Positions 16,185 through 26,311 of a stretch of DNA of 29,385 nucleotides are shown piece by piece (positions within the stretch are counted from its first letter, which is position 1; each line of letters starts with the position of its first letter). The stretch spans positions 1 through 29,385 of IMG/VR virus record IMGVR_UViG_3300012933_000182; one strand, given 5' to 3'. The stretch comes from a virus. Taxonomy: Duplodnaviria > Caudoviricetes. Under the pieces are notes generated by a model. That model ran no database searches and had not been told where the DNA came from. It was given only the letters and a program-made list of their open reading frames with translations. Both the position numbers and the translations under genes were made by a program.

Positions 16185-19100
16185 ATGACAATCAAACCTT
16201 TTGAAATTCAAGGCGCACAATTTAAACTTGGTGGCGTACAATTAGAAGCAGGAACTACTGGTGTTGTAATCCCCGGTCTTACTCAAGCTGCAAACTATAG
16301 CGTAGAAGAAGTTAAGGAGTTTGGAACTTATCCTAATATTACGGTAGATAAAACTTCCGAATGGACTGACCAAATTGAACCAGCAGGTTTATTTGCGTCA
16401 CGGACGGTTACTAATACTTCTGAATGGATGCTTTATGACCAAGACACCTACGATGCGTTACCGAATGATTTTGTCTTTGGTGATCCAGTGTCAGGTGAAG
16501 TAGACTGGACACCTCCTACTTTTGATATTACATGGCAATCGTTCATTATAGGAAATGACACATTGTACGGAATTTTAGACGTACAAGTAGCTACGCAACC
16601 TAGTCAGTCTTGGCCGGGACAGCGTAAAACTCGTGCCCCAGGAGACCTGGTGTCATGGCCAGTACTAGTTAAAATTGGTCAGACTAAACAAACACCAAAT
16701 GTAGGTAGCATCAATCTTTCTTGGTGGGGCTATAGCCCGACTCGAGGCTTCTATAACCCGCTTGGTAATCAAGTAGTACCTAGGATTATCGACAATGCAA
16801 GATATTCATTCTTGTCAGGAACTTCTACACCATCTGCATCATACGCAGACGCAGAATACGAAGCTAAAATAGAAGATGACACAAGAATTGAAGAAATTGA
16901 AGTTGTTTCTTCCGGGGTGTTTGATGCTGCCGATGCATCCTTAGCAAACGAAAATATGTGGGCGTGTGACTTGAGTGCGAACCCGTTTACGAATTTTGAT
17001 CCTACACAATGGACACAGATTCCTTTCCGTCCTAAGATGGAAGTAGGTGAAGTTGAGAACATTGGCGGTGGCGGTAGCGGTGGTCCATCAGCACTAGAAG
17101 ATTTAGAAGATGTTCAGGTTGCCAATGTAACTGACGGTCAAGCTCTAGTTTGGAACGAACAAAGAGAACAGTGGGAGAATCAAACTATATCAGGTGGCAG
17201 CGGTGGCACTGGCGCTGTAGTAGAACGTAGTGTCGAATTCCCAACAGGCGATACTGGTGATACAAGAGGCACTATAGCACTAACACCAAATGGTGAAACA
17301 TACATTTGCGTAGATGATTATCAAGCACCGGAAGAAACTATATTCACAGTAGAGCATACTACTCAAGATTTTGGTCAAGCTGGTCCAGGAGTTGACCAAG
17401 GACAACTAGTAGTTGATTTAACAGACTATCCAGAATTGTTGTCATTCGCTTTAGCTAATCCAAATTTGGTGGGTGATGGATTAATCTCTGCCGACGGTGG
17501 GGACACTTGGATAGATCCATTCGGTTACACTGGATTAAGTTGGGAACAAACTCCCCCATTCCTTAGCCTTAGCTTTGATGGATCTGCCCCTACAGACGGA
17601 CAAGAGTTTTTAATCAAATTCGCCGCTATTACTCCAGCAATTTGGAAACGCTTGGTTGATGTAACAGTTGCAGATGGCGACGGTGAATTTAACTTAGCTA
17701 CACGCGGTGATTTAACGATTGAGACTACTCGTCCAGACGGCTACGACGGTGACTGTGACTTAAACTTATACGGTGCTGATGATGTGTTCATTATAGCACG
17801 CGGCGATGAAGTTGGTATTTCCGCAAATACTAGTGTTTCTATCTCTACTAATGATAGCGACCATGAATGGCAATTTGGTACAGATGGTGATTTAGTATTA
17901 CCGGCAGGTAAAACAATCAGAGATGTTAATGGAGTTGATTTATTAGCAGAAGCATCATCACCGCAATATGGTTACTTCAATGAATTGTCACACCCGGGTG
18001 ACAATAATCAAGTCGAAGGTCAAGCGGTTGCAGTAGACGGTGATAACAACAGTTATGTCAGTTATTCGTATTATGTTAATGGTGATTCCAGATACTATGG
18101 CGGTGTAATGAAGTTTGATAGTACCGGTGAAAAGCTATGGAGCGTAGATATTGCATCACAGAACGGTTCTGCTGAATATCCTCGCATAGTTTCATTGGAG
18201 CATGTAGTGGCAGGTGGACAGCCATTGTTAATTGCTATTGGTGATTACTACGATACTAACACTAGTAAATCTGTTGGTTTTATGTACGCTATTAACCCTG
18301 CAACCGGTGAAGTTGGCAATTCACCCATCGACCTAGAAACATCGTCTGATACTGGTATGGAGTTAAATGACGCTGTATTCGGTCTTGATGGTGCCGATGC
18401 TCCTTTCGCAGTTGTTGTTGGGGAAACTTACGATATTAGCTTAACAAAAACATTAACTCCATTAGCTGGTAGTACAGTAGACAAACTGTATTTTAGTTGG
18501 AGTGAAATAAACGCTTCAGGTTTAAACAACGGTGACCAGTTGTCAACTAACATTGGCGGATATTCTGGATTTACATTGAACGGTGGTAGCGGAACTGCTA
18601 GTCTTGATGGCACCGGTAGTGGTCTCAATATCTCAGTGTCTTCTACTGAAGCCGGTGCATATGTTATTACTAGAGTTAACGGCTGGAGTGGCGTAATATC
18701 CGGCTGGGATGTTCCTGTCTCATTGAGAGTACTAGGTAGTAACTTAGGCGGTGTCGATAATGTAAAATACACAGTTACTAGCGATAATATTTCCGGTAAT
18801 GGTAGTTTATACTTTGTAGCAGCAGATTTCGCTGACTTGGCAAACGTACAAAACGGTTGGAGAGTTAGTGGACCTGGTATTACTGGTTCGGTTATATTAA
18901 GTAATGTTCAGATTGCAGGTGGCTTCTATCGATTTGATGTACCAAACGGTGTTACAGTATCTCCTAATGAAACGTACACTATCATTAGTAATACTGGTAA
19001 CGACTGCACATTTGACTTCGATAGAACTATATTCGCTGACAACAGCAATAATATGCAAGCCGCTATATCTAACATTCAAGGTACACCTGTAAGTAACGTG

Positions 19101-20423
19101 TATTGCCCAGCATGGAACGGAAGAGATTGGAGCACCGATATTGGAAATCCAGTAGACTTTACTTTCCAACTATACAATCAAGCATTTGTTGCAAGATTTG
19201 GTAGCAATGCTTGGTCAAAGAGTATCGGAGCAGGTAGTTACGACACGATAAATTCTGTTGTTGTTGATAATGGTGGAAATACTTACGTAGTGGGTGGAGT
19301 TTCTAACGGTACAAGATCCAGTTTAGTAATCAAGTATGCAATCGACGGTGAGCAACTATGGGCAGTATACATTGATCCAGCCAATAACATGGGCAATGAA
19401 TTATACAGCATTGATATTTTAGCTGATGGCAGTTTGCTCACTGTAGACGAAGATGGCGTAGTTACTAAGTTATCTAGCGACACTGGTGAAATATTCTGGC
19501 AAGTAAAAGCAGATACTGGACCTAGTTGGGACGGCAACTTCAGAGGTACTGCCACACCAGACGGTGACTACATTATCACAAACTTTGAAGATAACGATTA
19601 CACACAATATGTAATGCGTGTCAGCGGTACAGATGGTAGTAGTGTATGGAACAAACGTATTACTCGTACATACGCTGGTAACAACGGTGAGATTAATGCT
19701 AATTCCAACTCGCAGTACATTGATTGTAATGAAACTTACCTTACTATTGCAGGACGCTCTCAACCGCCAAGCGGCAATACTGTTGGCGTAGTATATAGTT
19801 TCCCAGTCACCGGCGAGAACACAGACGGTACATATGGACAGTTTGTTATCAGTACTGAAAACATGGAATGGTCAACATTAACAACAACCTCAGTCGCAGC
19901 AACAGTTCCGGAAACTCCAACTAACATAGGAACATCTAACGGCAGCCCAACTAAGAATGATGTTACTATCACAGTAAATCAAACGAGTATCGGCGGTGAA
20001 GTTGTTACTCCACCTGAAGTTATTTCTTGGACTAACCCTAATAACAATACATGGCGTATTGAAACTTACAATGGCGGTGCCGCAGTATCTTATGATGGTG
20101 GTGATTATGATGCTAAGTGGTTTGATATAGCAAATCACACCAGTGGTAGCAATGACTTCCGTGGTGCTATTATTCAATATCATGCATTTGTTAATAACGG
20201 TACTATCATAGGAACTATCCATCTGTCTAATGACTACCCTCAACAAGCAGCTACTCATACTGAACATCTAAGTGGCGGAAGTAATTTACAGTTTGTAACA
20301 TTATGGGAATGTAACAACGAACGTAACGGTCAACTGTTCTTAAAGATGACTAATGGCAGCAGCCAGAACTTAATGATACAATGGACTTCTACAGTATTCT
20401 ACGGTAGTGAATACAACTACTAA
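16185..20423 (+). CDS. Large acidic virion/fibre protein with beta-propeller-like repeats
   Basis: 1412 aa; LEDLEDV...DGQALVW motif, Gly linkers, repeats AVAVDGDNNSYV / KFDSTGEKLWS / VVVDNGGNTYVVG / KYAIDGEQLWA. Confidence 0.7.
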   Translation: MTIKPFEIQGAQFKLGGVQLEAGTTGVVIPGLTQAANYSVEEVKEFGTYPNITVDKTSEWTDQIEPAGLFASRTVTNTSEWMLYDQDTYDALPNDFVFGDPVSGEVDWTPPTFDITWQSFIIGNDTLYGILDVQVATQPSQSWPGQRKTRAPGDLVSWPVLVKIGQTKQTPNVGSINLSWWGYSPTRGFYNPLGNQVVPRIIDNARYSFLSGTSTPSASYADAEYEAKIEDDTRIEEIEVVSSGVFDAADASLANENMWACDLSANPFTNFDPTQWTQIPFRPKMEVGEVENIGGGGSGGPSALEDLEDVQVANVTDGQALVWNEQREQWENQTISGGSGGTGAVVERSVEFPTGDTGDTRGTIALTPNGETYICVDDYQAPEETIFTVEHTTQDFGQAGPGVDQGQLVVDLTDYPELLSFALANPNLVGDGLISADGGDTWIDPFGYTGLSWEQTPPFLSLSFDGSAPTDGQEFLIKFAAITPAIWKRLVDVTVADGDGEFNLATRGDLTIETTRPDGYDGDCDLNLYGADDVFIIARGDEVGISANTSVSISTNDSDHEWQFGTDGDLVLPAGKTIRDVNGVDLLAEASSPQYGYFNELSHPGDNNQVEGQAVAVDGDNNSYVSYSYYVNGDSRYYGGVMKFDSTGEKLWSVDIASQNGSAEYPRIVSLEHVVAGGQPLLIAIGDYYDTNTSKSVGFMYAINPATGEVGNSPIDLETSSDTGMELNDAVFGLDGADAPFAVVVGETYDISLTKTLTPLAGSTVDKLYFSWSEINASGLNNGDQLSTNIGGYSGFTLNGGSGTASLDGTGSGLNISVSSTEAGAYVITRVNGWSGVISGWDVPVSLRVLGSNLGGVDNVKYTVTSDNISGNGSLYFVAADFADLANVQNGWRVSGPGITGSVILSNVQIAGGFYRFDVPNGVTVSPNETYTIISNTGNDCTFDFDRTIFADNSNNMQAAISNIQGTPVSNVYCPAWNGRDWSTDIGNPVDFTFQLYNQAFVARFGSNAWSKSIGAGSYDTINSVVVDNGGNTYVVGGVSNGTRSSLVIKYAIDGEQLWAVYIDPANNMGNELYSIDILADGSLLTVDEDGVVTKLSSDTGEIFWQVKADTGPSWDGNFRGTATPDGDYIITNFEDNDYTQYVMRVSGTDGSSVWNKRITRTYAGNNGEINANSNSQYIDCNETYLTIAGRSQPPSGNTVGVVYSFPVTGENTDGTYGQFVISTENMEWSTLTTTSVAATVPETPTNIGTSNGSPTKNDVTITVNQTSIGGEVVTPPEVISWTNPNNNTWRIETYNGGAAVSYDGGDYDAKWFDIANHTSGSNDFRGAIIQYHAFVNNGTIIGTIHLSNDYPQQAATHTEHLSGGSNLQFVTLWECNNERNGQLFLKMTNGSSQNLMIQWTSTVFYGSEYNY

Positions 20424-20438
20424 TAAAGGAAAATAATA

Positions 20439-21377
20439 ATGTCACAATTTAAAAGATTTAACGCAAGTGAAAATAATAACTTCAACACAAATGATGCGTA
20501 CCCACAAGGTACGCTAACATGGGATCCAAATAACGGATTACGTGTACATGATGGCAGCACCGGCGGCGGCGTTGCTGTTGGTGGTGATACAGGGTATACT
20601 AGATTCATCGGTAGCGGTATCGGTAGCTATGATATTAATAGTGGTTCTAGTTATAATATGATTATGACCCCAAATTGGGACGGTGAGTTTCCTGGACAGG
20701 TATCTATCACTCTTCCTAGTAATGAAAACTTTGGTAGCCCGCTACAGTTAGTACACAATAGTGATGGTGGAATCCAGCTTATAACAAAGAACAATGCTAC
20801 TTGGACTTTTGATAAAGACGGCAACTTAACAATTCCTAGCACATCAGGCGGAATGATTAAAACAGCAGCTAACGCATCAATTGGAATTGTTGCTATGGAT
20901 GATGGTACAAACAACCCAGCACAAATGATGTCTTGGAATGTTAACGCTGGTAATCCAACTACTATTGTCTCAACGTATTCTAGTAATGTTACGATTCAAA
21001 CAGATGTTACCGGAACGATGAAGACATGGTCATTTGACAATACAGGTAACTTAACGTTACCGGACAACACAGTGATTAGTTCAGCTCCAAAAGCTGAACC
21101 TAGCTTTACTCTTGTATACCAAACGTTTGTTGCTCAAGTGGGGAAACGTTACTTAGTGGATTCATTGGGTGAGGCTGCAATTACTACAATGCCTGCAAGC
21201 CCAACTGCAGGAGATGCTATTTTCTTTATGGATGCATACGGATCGTTCAGTGTGAATAACCTAGTAATTCATACTAATGGTGCAAACATCATGGGATCAT
21301 CAAGTGATTATGTTGCAAGCCAAAACGAGGAATCATTCGGGTTAGCATTCAACGGCACAGAGTGGCGCAGATATTAA
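20439..21377 (+). CDS. Tail-fibre/baseplate-associated protein
   Basis: AAGGA RBS; N-terminal LRVHDGSTGGG module, WTFDKDGNLTIP/WSFDNTGNLTLP repeats, C-terminal Y.VDS.....MPASP..GD.I.F.D domain like T4 baseplate/fibre repeats. Confidence 0.7.
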   Translation: MSQFKRFNASENNNFNTNDAYPQGTLTWDPNNGLRVHDGSTGGGVAVGGDTGYTRFIGSGIGSYDINSGSSYNMIMTPNWDGEFPGQVSITLPSNENFGSPLQLVHNSDGGIQLITKNNATWTFDKDGNLTIPSTSGGMIKTAANASIGIVAMDDGTNNPAQMMSWNVNAGNPTTIVSTYSSNVTIQTDVTGTMKTWSFDNTGNLTLPDNTVISSAPKAEPSFTLVYQTFVAQVGKRYLVDSLGEAAITTMPASPTAGDAIFFMDAYGSFSVNNLVIHTNGANIMGSSSDYVASQNEESFGLAFNGTEWRRY

Positions 21378-21967
21378 ACCCTAATACCTTGCTCTCGTAG
21401 CTTAACACAAGTATCGCACTTCTCACAGGGTGCGATACTTTTTTCCGTGTAAATTGGTGTACGGCAACTCCAGAACAAATCTCTTAATGATTCAGGTAAC
21501 GTGTCGTATATCTCACGCTTAGTCATATCCAACACGGGATATATTTTCTTAACATCGGTGAATGCCCCTAGAATCTTATCAGCACGTTTGCGTCTTTCTT
21601 CCAATGACAAGTTAAAGTCATTAGCTTGCATACCTAAAGCAACTTTTACAATATCTGGATTAACACTACAAATGTATCCAGCAAAGAAGTTAATACTATC
21701 TGTATCGTACATAAACTTGCCATTAAATGGTAGTGTGCTTATTTGACTCTCACTGTATACAAAACTAAATCCTTGTTTCTTTAGTTCAGTTAGTGCCTCA
21801 CCCACTGAAACAGCTTCTGCTTGTGCTCTATTCTCAACGTTGTCGTGATGAACGTGGTGAATGTGTAACTTGTAGTCTTTGTACTCAGGATCAGTTAGTA
21901 GTTTGTAAATCATGCCCAAGCTGTCTAAGCCGCCTGAGTACATTGCTAGTATTGTTTGTTGTTCCAT
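21374..21967 (-). CDS. QueC-like PP-loop ATPase
   Basis: MYSGGLDS PP-loop, YP...MTK.EI, WSC...PCEKCDTC zinc site. Confidence 0.75.
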   Translation of the reverse strand: MEQQTILAMYSGGLDSLGMIYKLLTDPEYKDYKLHIHHVHHDNVENRAQAEAVSVGEALTELKKQGFSFVYSESQISTLPFNGKFMYDTDSINFFAGYICSVNPDIVKVALGMQANDFNLSLEERRKRADKILGAFTDVKKIYPVLDMTKREIYDTLPESLRDLFWSCRTPIYTEKSIAPCEKCDTCVKLREQGIRV

Positions 21968-22404
21968 ATGTAAAATGTGTAAATGTCGTTAATTTTGTGT
22001 TCTTCGGGACTAGGTGTTAGTTCCTCTTTTCTTGGGAAGTAGCAAGCATACTTTGTTTCCCAGTTAGGATTTAAGAAAGTGCGTGATATGAATCTATCAC
22101 AGTTTCTTAATACGATAGGTAATAAGTCTTGTGTAAATTCTTTTCCAAATGCTAATGCTCCGTCTACTATGATTGTGTCAAAGTGCTCGTCTAACCCAAA
22201 CCAGTCTTTATTCTTAATCTTAATATCAGTATATTTAGGCTCTAAGTCCCATGCCTCATCACAAAGCGGTAACAGTAGTCTAGTACTACCCAACAATAAT
22301 ACCTTGCCAGTACAGTAGCTTTCAAATACTTGATAATCATCCTCGTTCGGTGCAGCTGGCCATTGCAAGGTAGTCCAAAAGTCTTTATCTGAGTGCATAT
22401 CCAT
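21946..22404 (-). CDS. Hypothetical, possibly minimal SAM-methyltransferase-like fold
   Basis: KVLLLGST, WDLEP, FDTIIVDG resemble Rossmann MTase strands; overlaps start of QueC-like gene. Confidence 0.55.
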   Translation of the reverse strand: MDMHSDKDFWTTLQWPAAPNEDDYQVFESYCTGKVLLLGSTRLLLPLCDEAWDLEPKYTDIKIKNKDWFGLDEHFDTIIVDGALAFGKEFTQDLLPIVLRNCDRFISRTFLNPNWETKYACYFPRKEELTPSPEEHKINDIYTFYIWNNKQY

Positions 22405-22408
22405 GTTT

Positions 22409-22416
22409 TATTTATA
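22409..22416 (-). promoter_or_regulatory. Perfect T4 late promoter TATAAATA
   Basis: Reverse strand TATAAATA-AAAC-ATG(22404). Confidence 0.75.
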
Positions 22417-22461
22417 GTAGCATATACACTTATTGACTTTTCCAGTGCTCTGCTGAAATTT

Positions 22462-22469
22462 GATAAATA
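22462..22469 (+). promoter_or_regulatory. Late promoter core GATAAATA
   Basis: 20 nt upstream of ATG 22490; divergent from the 22409-22416 promoter. Confidence 0.7.
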
Positions 22470-22489
22470 TAATATCAACGGACTTTTTT

Positions 22490-24592
22490 ATGAAAATCAA
22501 CAATCTTTTAGAGAGTATTACACCCGCAAGTAGCCCAGAAAACGCTACGAACTCAGCACCTACAATGGGTCGCTCAGACAAGTTCTTAGAGGACGAGCAA
22601 TTAGAAGAAACATCTGCAGGAGCAACAGGCTCAGGCTCAGTCGCTTCTGTCTCAAGCCCAGTCGGTGGTATGCAACGTAGAGGCAAAGGCTCCATGTTTG
22701 CTGGAATCAAGACTAGTAGTAAGTTCCCTAACTCACAAGCAGTTAAAGAAGCCCAACTAGATGAAGTTGATCCTCGTAACTTTGACAGTGACGAAGATTA
22801 CTATGCAGCACGTAATGCCCCGGCAAAGGCACGTTCTCATAGCAGACCATCTCCCGGTGTCAATCAAGATGACGAAGCATATTTCCGTGAAATCTTCCGT
22901 AAGAAACGTTTAGCTGCACAACAACAAGAACGTAATGCAGACCATGATAGATTAGCTACTGGTACAAACGAATCTGTAGGTTCAGACATGCAAGTGTGGG
23001 ACGTTCATGTATTCAATAATTTCTATCGTGGTAAGTATGCTGATTACGGTCCAAGACTATATTCTGTAGTAGCTAGTAGCCCAGAAGAAGCTCGTCAAGT
23101 TGTCATTAACAACCCAGACTATGTATTGCAAGACTTACTATCACGTAAACTACAAAACGGCAAGAAGGTGTTACCTCGTGGTTCAGCTTTACCGGTTGAA
23201 GAAAAGCGTGTAGGTAAAGCACAGCCGGGCACAATCACTACAATGGCATTAAAGAAGATGCTAACACCAGATGGCGTACAGTCATTCAAGTTTACTAATG
23301 GTAAGATTGTTGATGGTTCACATGTTGCTGGCGGCGAAGTAGAAGAAGCTCGTGCTAACACATCAGGTGCTAGAGCCGGTTTAGCAAAGCGCAAGACAAC
23401 AGTTCCACTAACTCCAGAAGAGCAAGCCGCTAAAGATGCTGCTAAGTTTGAAAAGTGGAAAGCTAAGAATCAAAAGCCAGTGAAAACAGTTGACGAAGCC
23501 AGCTTTGACTACACAACGAAAGACTTAGGTAATGATTATGCAGGCTTTCCATCTAATCACAACATGAAGCACAAGTTTCTTGCAAAAATCAAGCCAGAGA
23601 AGCAACAACTATACAAAGACAAGATTAACAACACTCACGAATGGGATGATTTGTTTGCCTTGTTTAATGTTGCTAAACAACGTGGTGATATCATCTCGCA
23701 AGGTGACTCTCACAGAACAATGGGTCTTGACGCTAGTTTAGAACAGCACGCCGACGACAAGATGAAAGAATTAGGTCATAAGTTCAAACCTGTAGCTGAA
23801 GGCGACAACCCAGAATATGATGACGAGTCAGGTTCAGCGGAAAGCAACTTACATACTATCGCACGTGCTGCACAGGGTTTGATTGACACAATCGGTGAGA
23901 ACGAAAACTTACCAGAATGGGCACAAGAGAAGATTGCTAAAGTTGAAGGCATGCTTGTTGCAGTTTGGGATTACTTAGAGAGCCAAGAAGAACAGGGTAT
24001 CGATCCTCAAGTTGACGAAGATTGGCAAAAGACTAACAAGCAAGACAAAACAGACGGCATGAGTCCCAAAGCTGTTAAAGCATATCGTAGAGAGAATCCA
24101 GGTAGCAAGTTAAAAACTGCTGTTACTAAAAAGCCAAGTGAATTGAAAGCTGGCAGCAAAGATGCTAAACGCCGTAAATCATTCTGCGCTCGTATGAGTG
24201 GCAACAAAGGTCCTATGAAAGATGAGAAGGGTCGTCCAACACCAAAAGCAAAAGCACTAAGTCGTTGGAACTGTGAAAGTGTTGAACAAACAGTTCAGAT
24301 GCTAGAAAGCGTACAACGTGATTTGAGCGAAGTGAAACAACGTTTAGATCCTAAGTGCTGGAAGGGCTATAAAAAGCAAGGCACTAAGATGAAGGGTGGC
24401 ACTAGAGTAAATAACTGTGTACCAGTCAGCGAAGCTGAATTCAACGAAGACAAATTAGCACAAGACTTATACAAAGATTTACAAATCTTTAAGAAGGGTG
24501 CTGATAAAGAAATCGGCTCAAAAGCCAAAGATAAAGAAATCTCTAGCAAAGCTAAAGATAAAGAAATTATTGCGAAAGTAACAAACAAATGA
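22490..24592 (+). CDS. Polyprotein-like ORF of small charged modules (700 aa)
   Basis: Start ATG 22490 (MKINNLLE|S) preferred as 22460 overlaps the promoter; modules delimited by LEE/VKE/LDE/TNE/VEE/VDE/VAE/VDE/LSE/VSE; basic modules RRKSFCARMSG and CWKGY...NCVP. Confidence 0.8.
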   Translation: MKINNLLESITPASSPENATNSAPTMGRSDKFLEDEQLEETSAGATGSGSVASVSSPVGGMQRRGKGSMFAGIKTSSKFPNSQAVKEAQLDEVDPRNFDSDEDYYAARNAPAKARSHSRPSPGVNQDDEAYFREIFRKKRLAAQQQERNADHDRLATGTNESVGSDMQVWDVHVFNNFYRGKYADYGPRLYSVVASSPEEARQVVINNPDYVLQDLLSRKLQNGKKVLPRGSALPVEEKRVGKAQPGTITTMALKKMLTPDGVQSFKFTNGKIVDGSHVAGGEVEEARANTSGARAGLAKRKTTVPLTPEEQAAKDAAKFEKWKAKNQKPVKTVDEASFDYTTKDLGNDYAGFPSNHNMKHKFLAKIKPEKQQLYKDKINNTHEWDDLFALFNVAKQRGDIISQGDSHRTMGLDASLEQHADDKMKELGHKFKPVAEGDNPEYDDESGSAESNLHTIARAAQGLIDTIGENENLPEWAQEKIAKVEGMLVAVWDYLESQEEQGIDPQVDEDWQKTNKQDKTDGMSPKAVKAYRRENPGSKLKTAVTKKPSELKAGSKDAKRRKSFCARMSGNKGPMKDEKGRPTPKAKALSRWNCESVEQTVQMLESVQRDLSEVKQRLDPKCWKGYKKQGTKMKGGTRVNNCVPVSEAEFNEDKLAQDLYKDLQIFKKGADKEIGSKAKDKEISSKAKDKEIIAKVTNK
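24503..24577 (+). repeat. Three 27-nt-period repeats (DKEIxxKAK)
   Basis: gataaagaaat at 24503, 24530, 24557. Confidence 0.85.
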
Positions 24593-25863
24593 ATTTTCAA
24601 GAACTATTTGAAGGTGTAACACCAAAATTACCGGGAGCTGTAAAAGGCATCAAAGTAATGTCTATCGACCAATTCGTTGGTCAACCTGCTCAGAGTCAAG
24701 AACCTGAGCAAGAAGTAGACGAAGCAACTGCACTACCAGCTCAACAACGTGAACTAGGTTCTCAAGAGTTTCAAGACTACATGACACGTATCAAAGGCAC
24801 TGATGACCTTGATAAAGAAGGTAACGTCAAAGTAAACAAGAAGGGTATTCCTCAGTATACTACTGGCAAGACAAAAGGTGACAAGTACAAGATGCCATAC
24901 ATTCACCGTTCAAGTGCTATTGAGTACTACAGTGAAGAAGGCAAGAGATACAAAGAAGAAGCAGTTATCGAAGCATTGAAGCAACGTCCTAAGAAGTTGT
25001 TAAAGCAAAACGAAAAGATGAAGCACAGCAATGGCGCATTCGAACAATTCTTTAATGTTGGTTTTGCAGCATTGACAGGTATTGCGGTTGACGAATCAAC
25101 GAACAAACTAATCGTAGTTAACACATGTCCAGGTGCTGGTTCATGTAAAGTTGATTGCTTCGCTATGAAGGGTGGAAAAGTTCAATTCAAAGCAGCTTGG
25201 TTATCTGATGGTCGTATCTTGACATATCTATTGAATGACCCAACTGGTTTCTTCAATCAATTAAGTGCAGAGATTTCTAAAGAAGAAGCTGCTGGTATTA
25301 AAGGTTCAAAGGGATTTGAGCAAGGTTGGCAAGTTACTGTTCGCTGGCATGACGCCGGTGATTTCTTCTCGCCAGAATACTTAGACTTAGCATTGAAGAT
25401 GGCTAAGAAACATCCTAACGTCAAGTTCTATGCTTATACAAAGATGGCAGGCGCTGCACTTGCAGAGAAACCAGACAACTTCATTATCAACTGGTCTGAG
25501 GGTGCTAACACTCAGCAAGAGAAACAAGTTAAGCAACAAGACCCTAACTTAGAGCGTACAAAGAACTCACGTATTGTTCCTGAGAAACTATTCTATGACT
25601 TGTTAGCAAAAGACGCTAAAGGTAACTTAGCTAAGGGACCTGACGGTCAATGGCAAGTTGCTGGTCCACAAGAATTAACTCAGTTGAAACAACGTTTGGC
25701 ACAAGCATATAATATCACACCTAACTCAATTCTAAGTTACAACGAATATATGAGCAAGCCTAAAGTCGGCGGCATGAAGTACAACGTTATTGTTGCTCCG
25801 GGCGAAGGCGATGTGTCTGCTAATGACCAGAACGTTCTTTCTACTCTATTACTAAGACACTAA
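24589..25863 (+). CDS. GP88-like (radical-SAM-related) protein
   Basis: TCPGAGSCKVDCFA Cys triad, VRWHDAGDFFS, FYAYTK; leader MNFQELFE|G and second site VDE|A. Confidence 0.7.
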   Translation: MNFQELFEGVTPKLPGAVKGIKVMSIDQFVGQPAQSQEPEQEVDEATALPAQQRELGSQEFQDYMTRIKGTDDLDKEGNVKVNKKGIPQYTTGKTKGDKYKMPYIHRSSAIEYYSEEGKRYKEEAVIEALKQRPKKLLKQNEKMKHSNGAFEQFFNVGFAALTGIAVDESTNKLIVVNTCPGAGSCKVDCFAMKGGKVQFKAAWLSDGRILTYLLNDPTGFFNQLSAEISKEEAAGIKGSKGFEQGWQVTVRWHDAGDFFSPEYLDLALKMAKKHPNVKFYAYTKMAGAALAEKPDNFIINWSEGANTQQEKQVKQQDPNLERTKNSRIVPEKLFYDLLAKDAKGNLAKGPDGQWQVAGPQELTQLKQRLAQAYNITPNSILSYNEYMSKPKVGGMKYNVIVAPGEGDVSANDQNVLSTLLLRH

Positions 25864-25870
25864 ATAAATC

Positions 25871-26311
25871 ATGTTATCAGACAGCTTAAAAACATTACTA
25901 GCAAGCACACAAAGTTTTGCTATCAAGTCACAGAACTTTCATTGGAACATTGAAGGCAGTGACTTCCCTCAATACCATGAATTCTTTGATACACTATACG
26001 GTGACGTAAGCAGCACGATTGATAGAATCGCTGAGTACATTAGAATCTTAGGTGCTTACACTCCGGGTAGTTTAACTCGTTATGCTGAATTATCTGTTAT
26101 TCAAGACCAAACTAAGATTCCACGTGCCGAATTAATGTTTGCTGAATCATTACAAGACTGTGAAACAATGCTTCAGATAGTAACAGCAATGTTTGACGAG
26201 GCAGCTAATGAGAATCAACATGGTATCGAAAACTACATGGCTGAACTTCAAGACTTGTATGCTAAGAAAGCATGGTTTATCCGTAGTATCCTTAAAAAAG
26301 AACGTGAGTAA
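25871..26311 (+). CDS. dps: Dps/ferritin-like DNA-protection protein
   Basis: FHWNIEGSDFPQYHEFF..LY.....IDRIAEYIRILG ferroxidase signature; TAAATA at 25861-25866. Confidence 0.92.
   Translation: MLSDSLKTLLASTQSFAIKSQNFHWNIEGSDFPQYHEFFDTLYGDVSSTIDRIAEYIRILGAYTPGSLTRYAELSVIQDQTKIPRAELMFAESLQDCETMLQIVTAMFDEAANENQHGIENYMAELQDLYAKKAWFIRSILKKERE

Noticed and set aside
22460-22489. ORF-track start at 22460 (also 14162 for the 14491 ORF)
   Set aside because: Overlaps the late promoter or upstream gene; downstream ATGs (22490, 14237) fit better.
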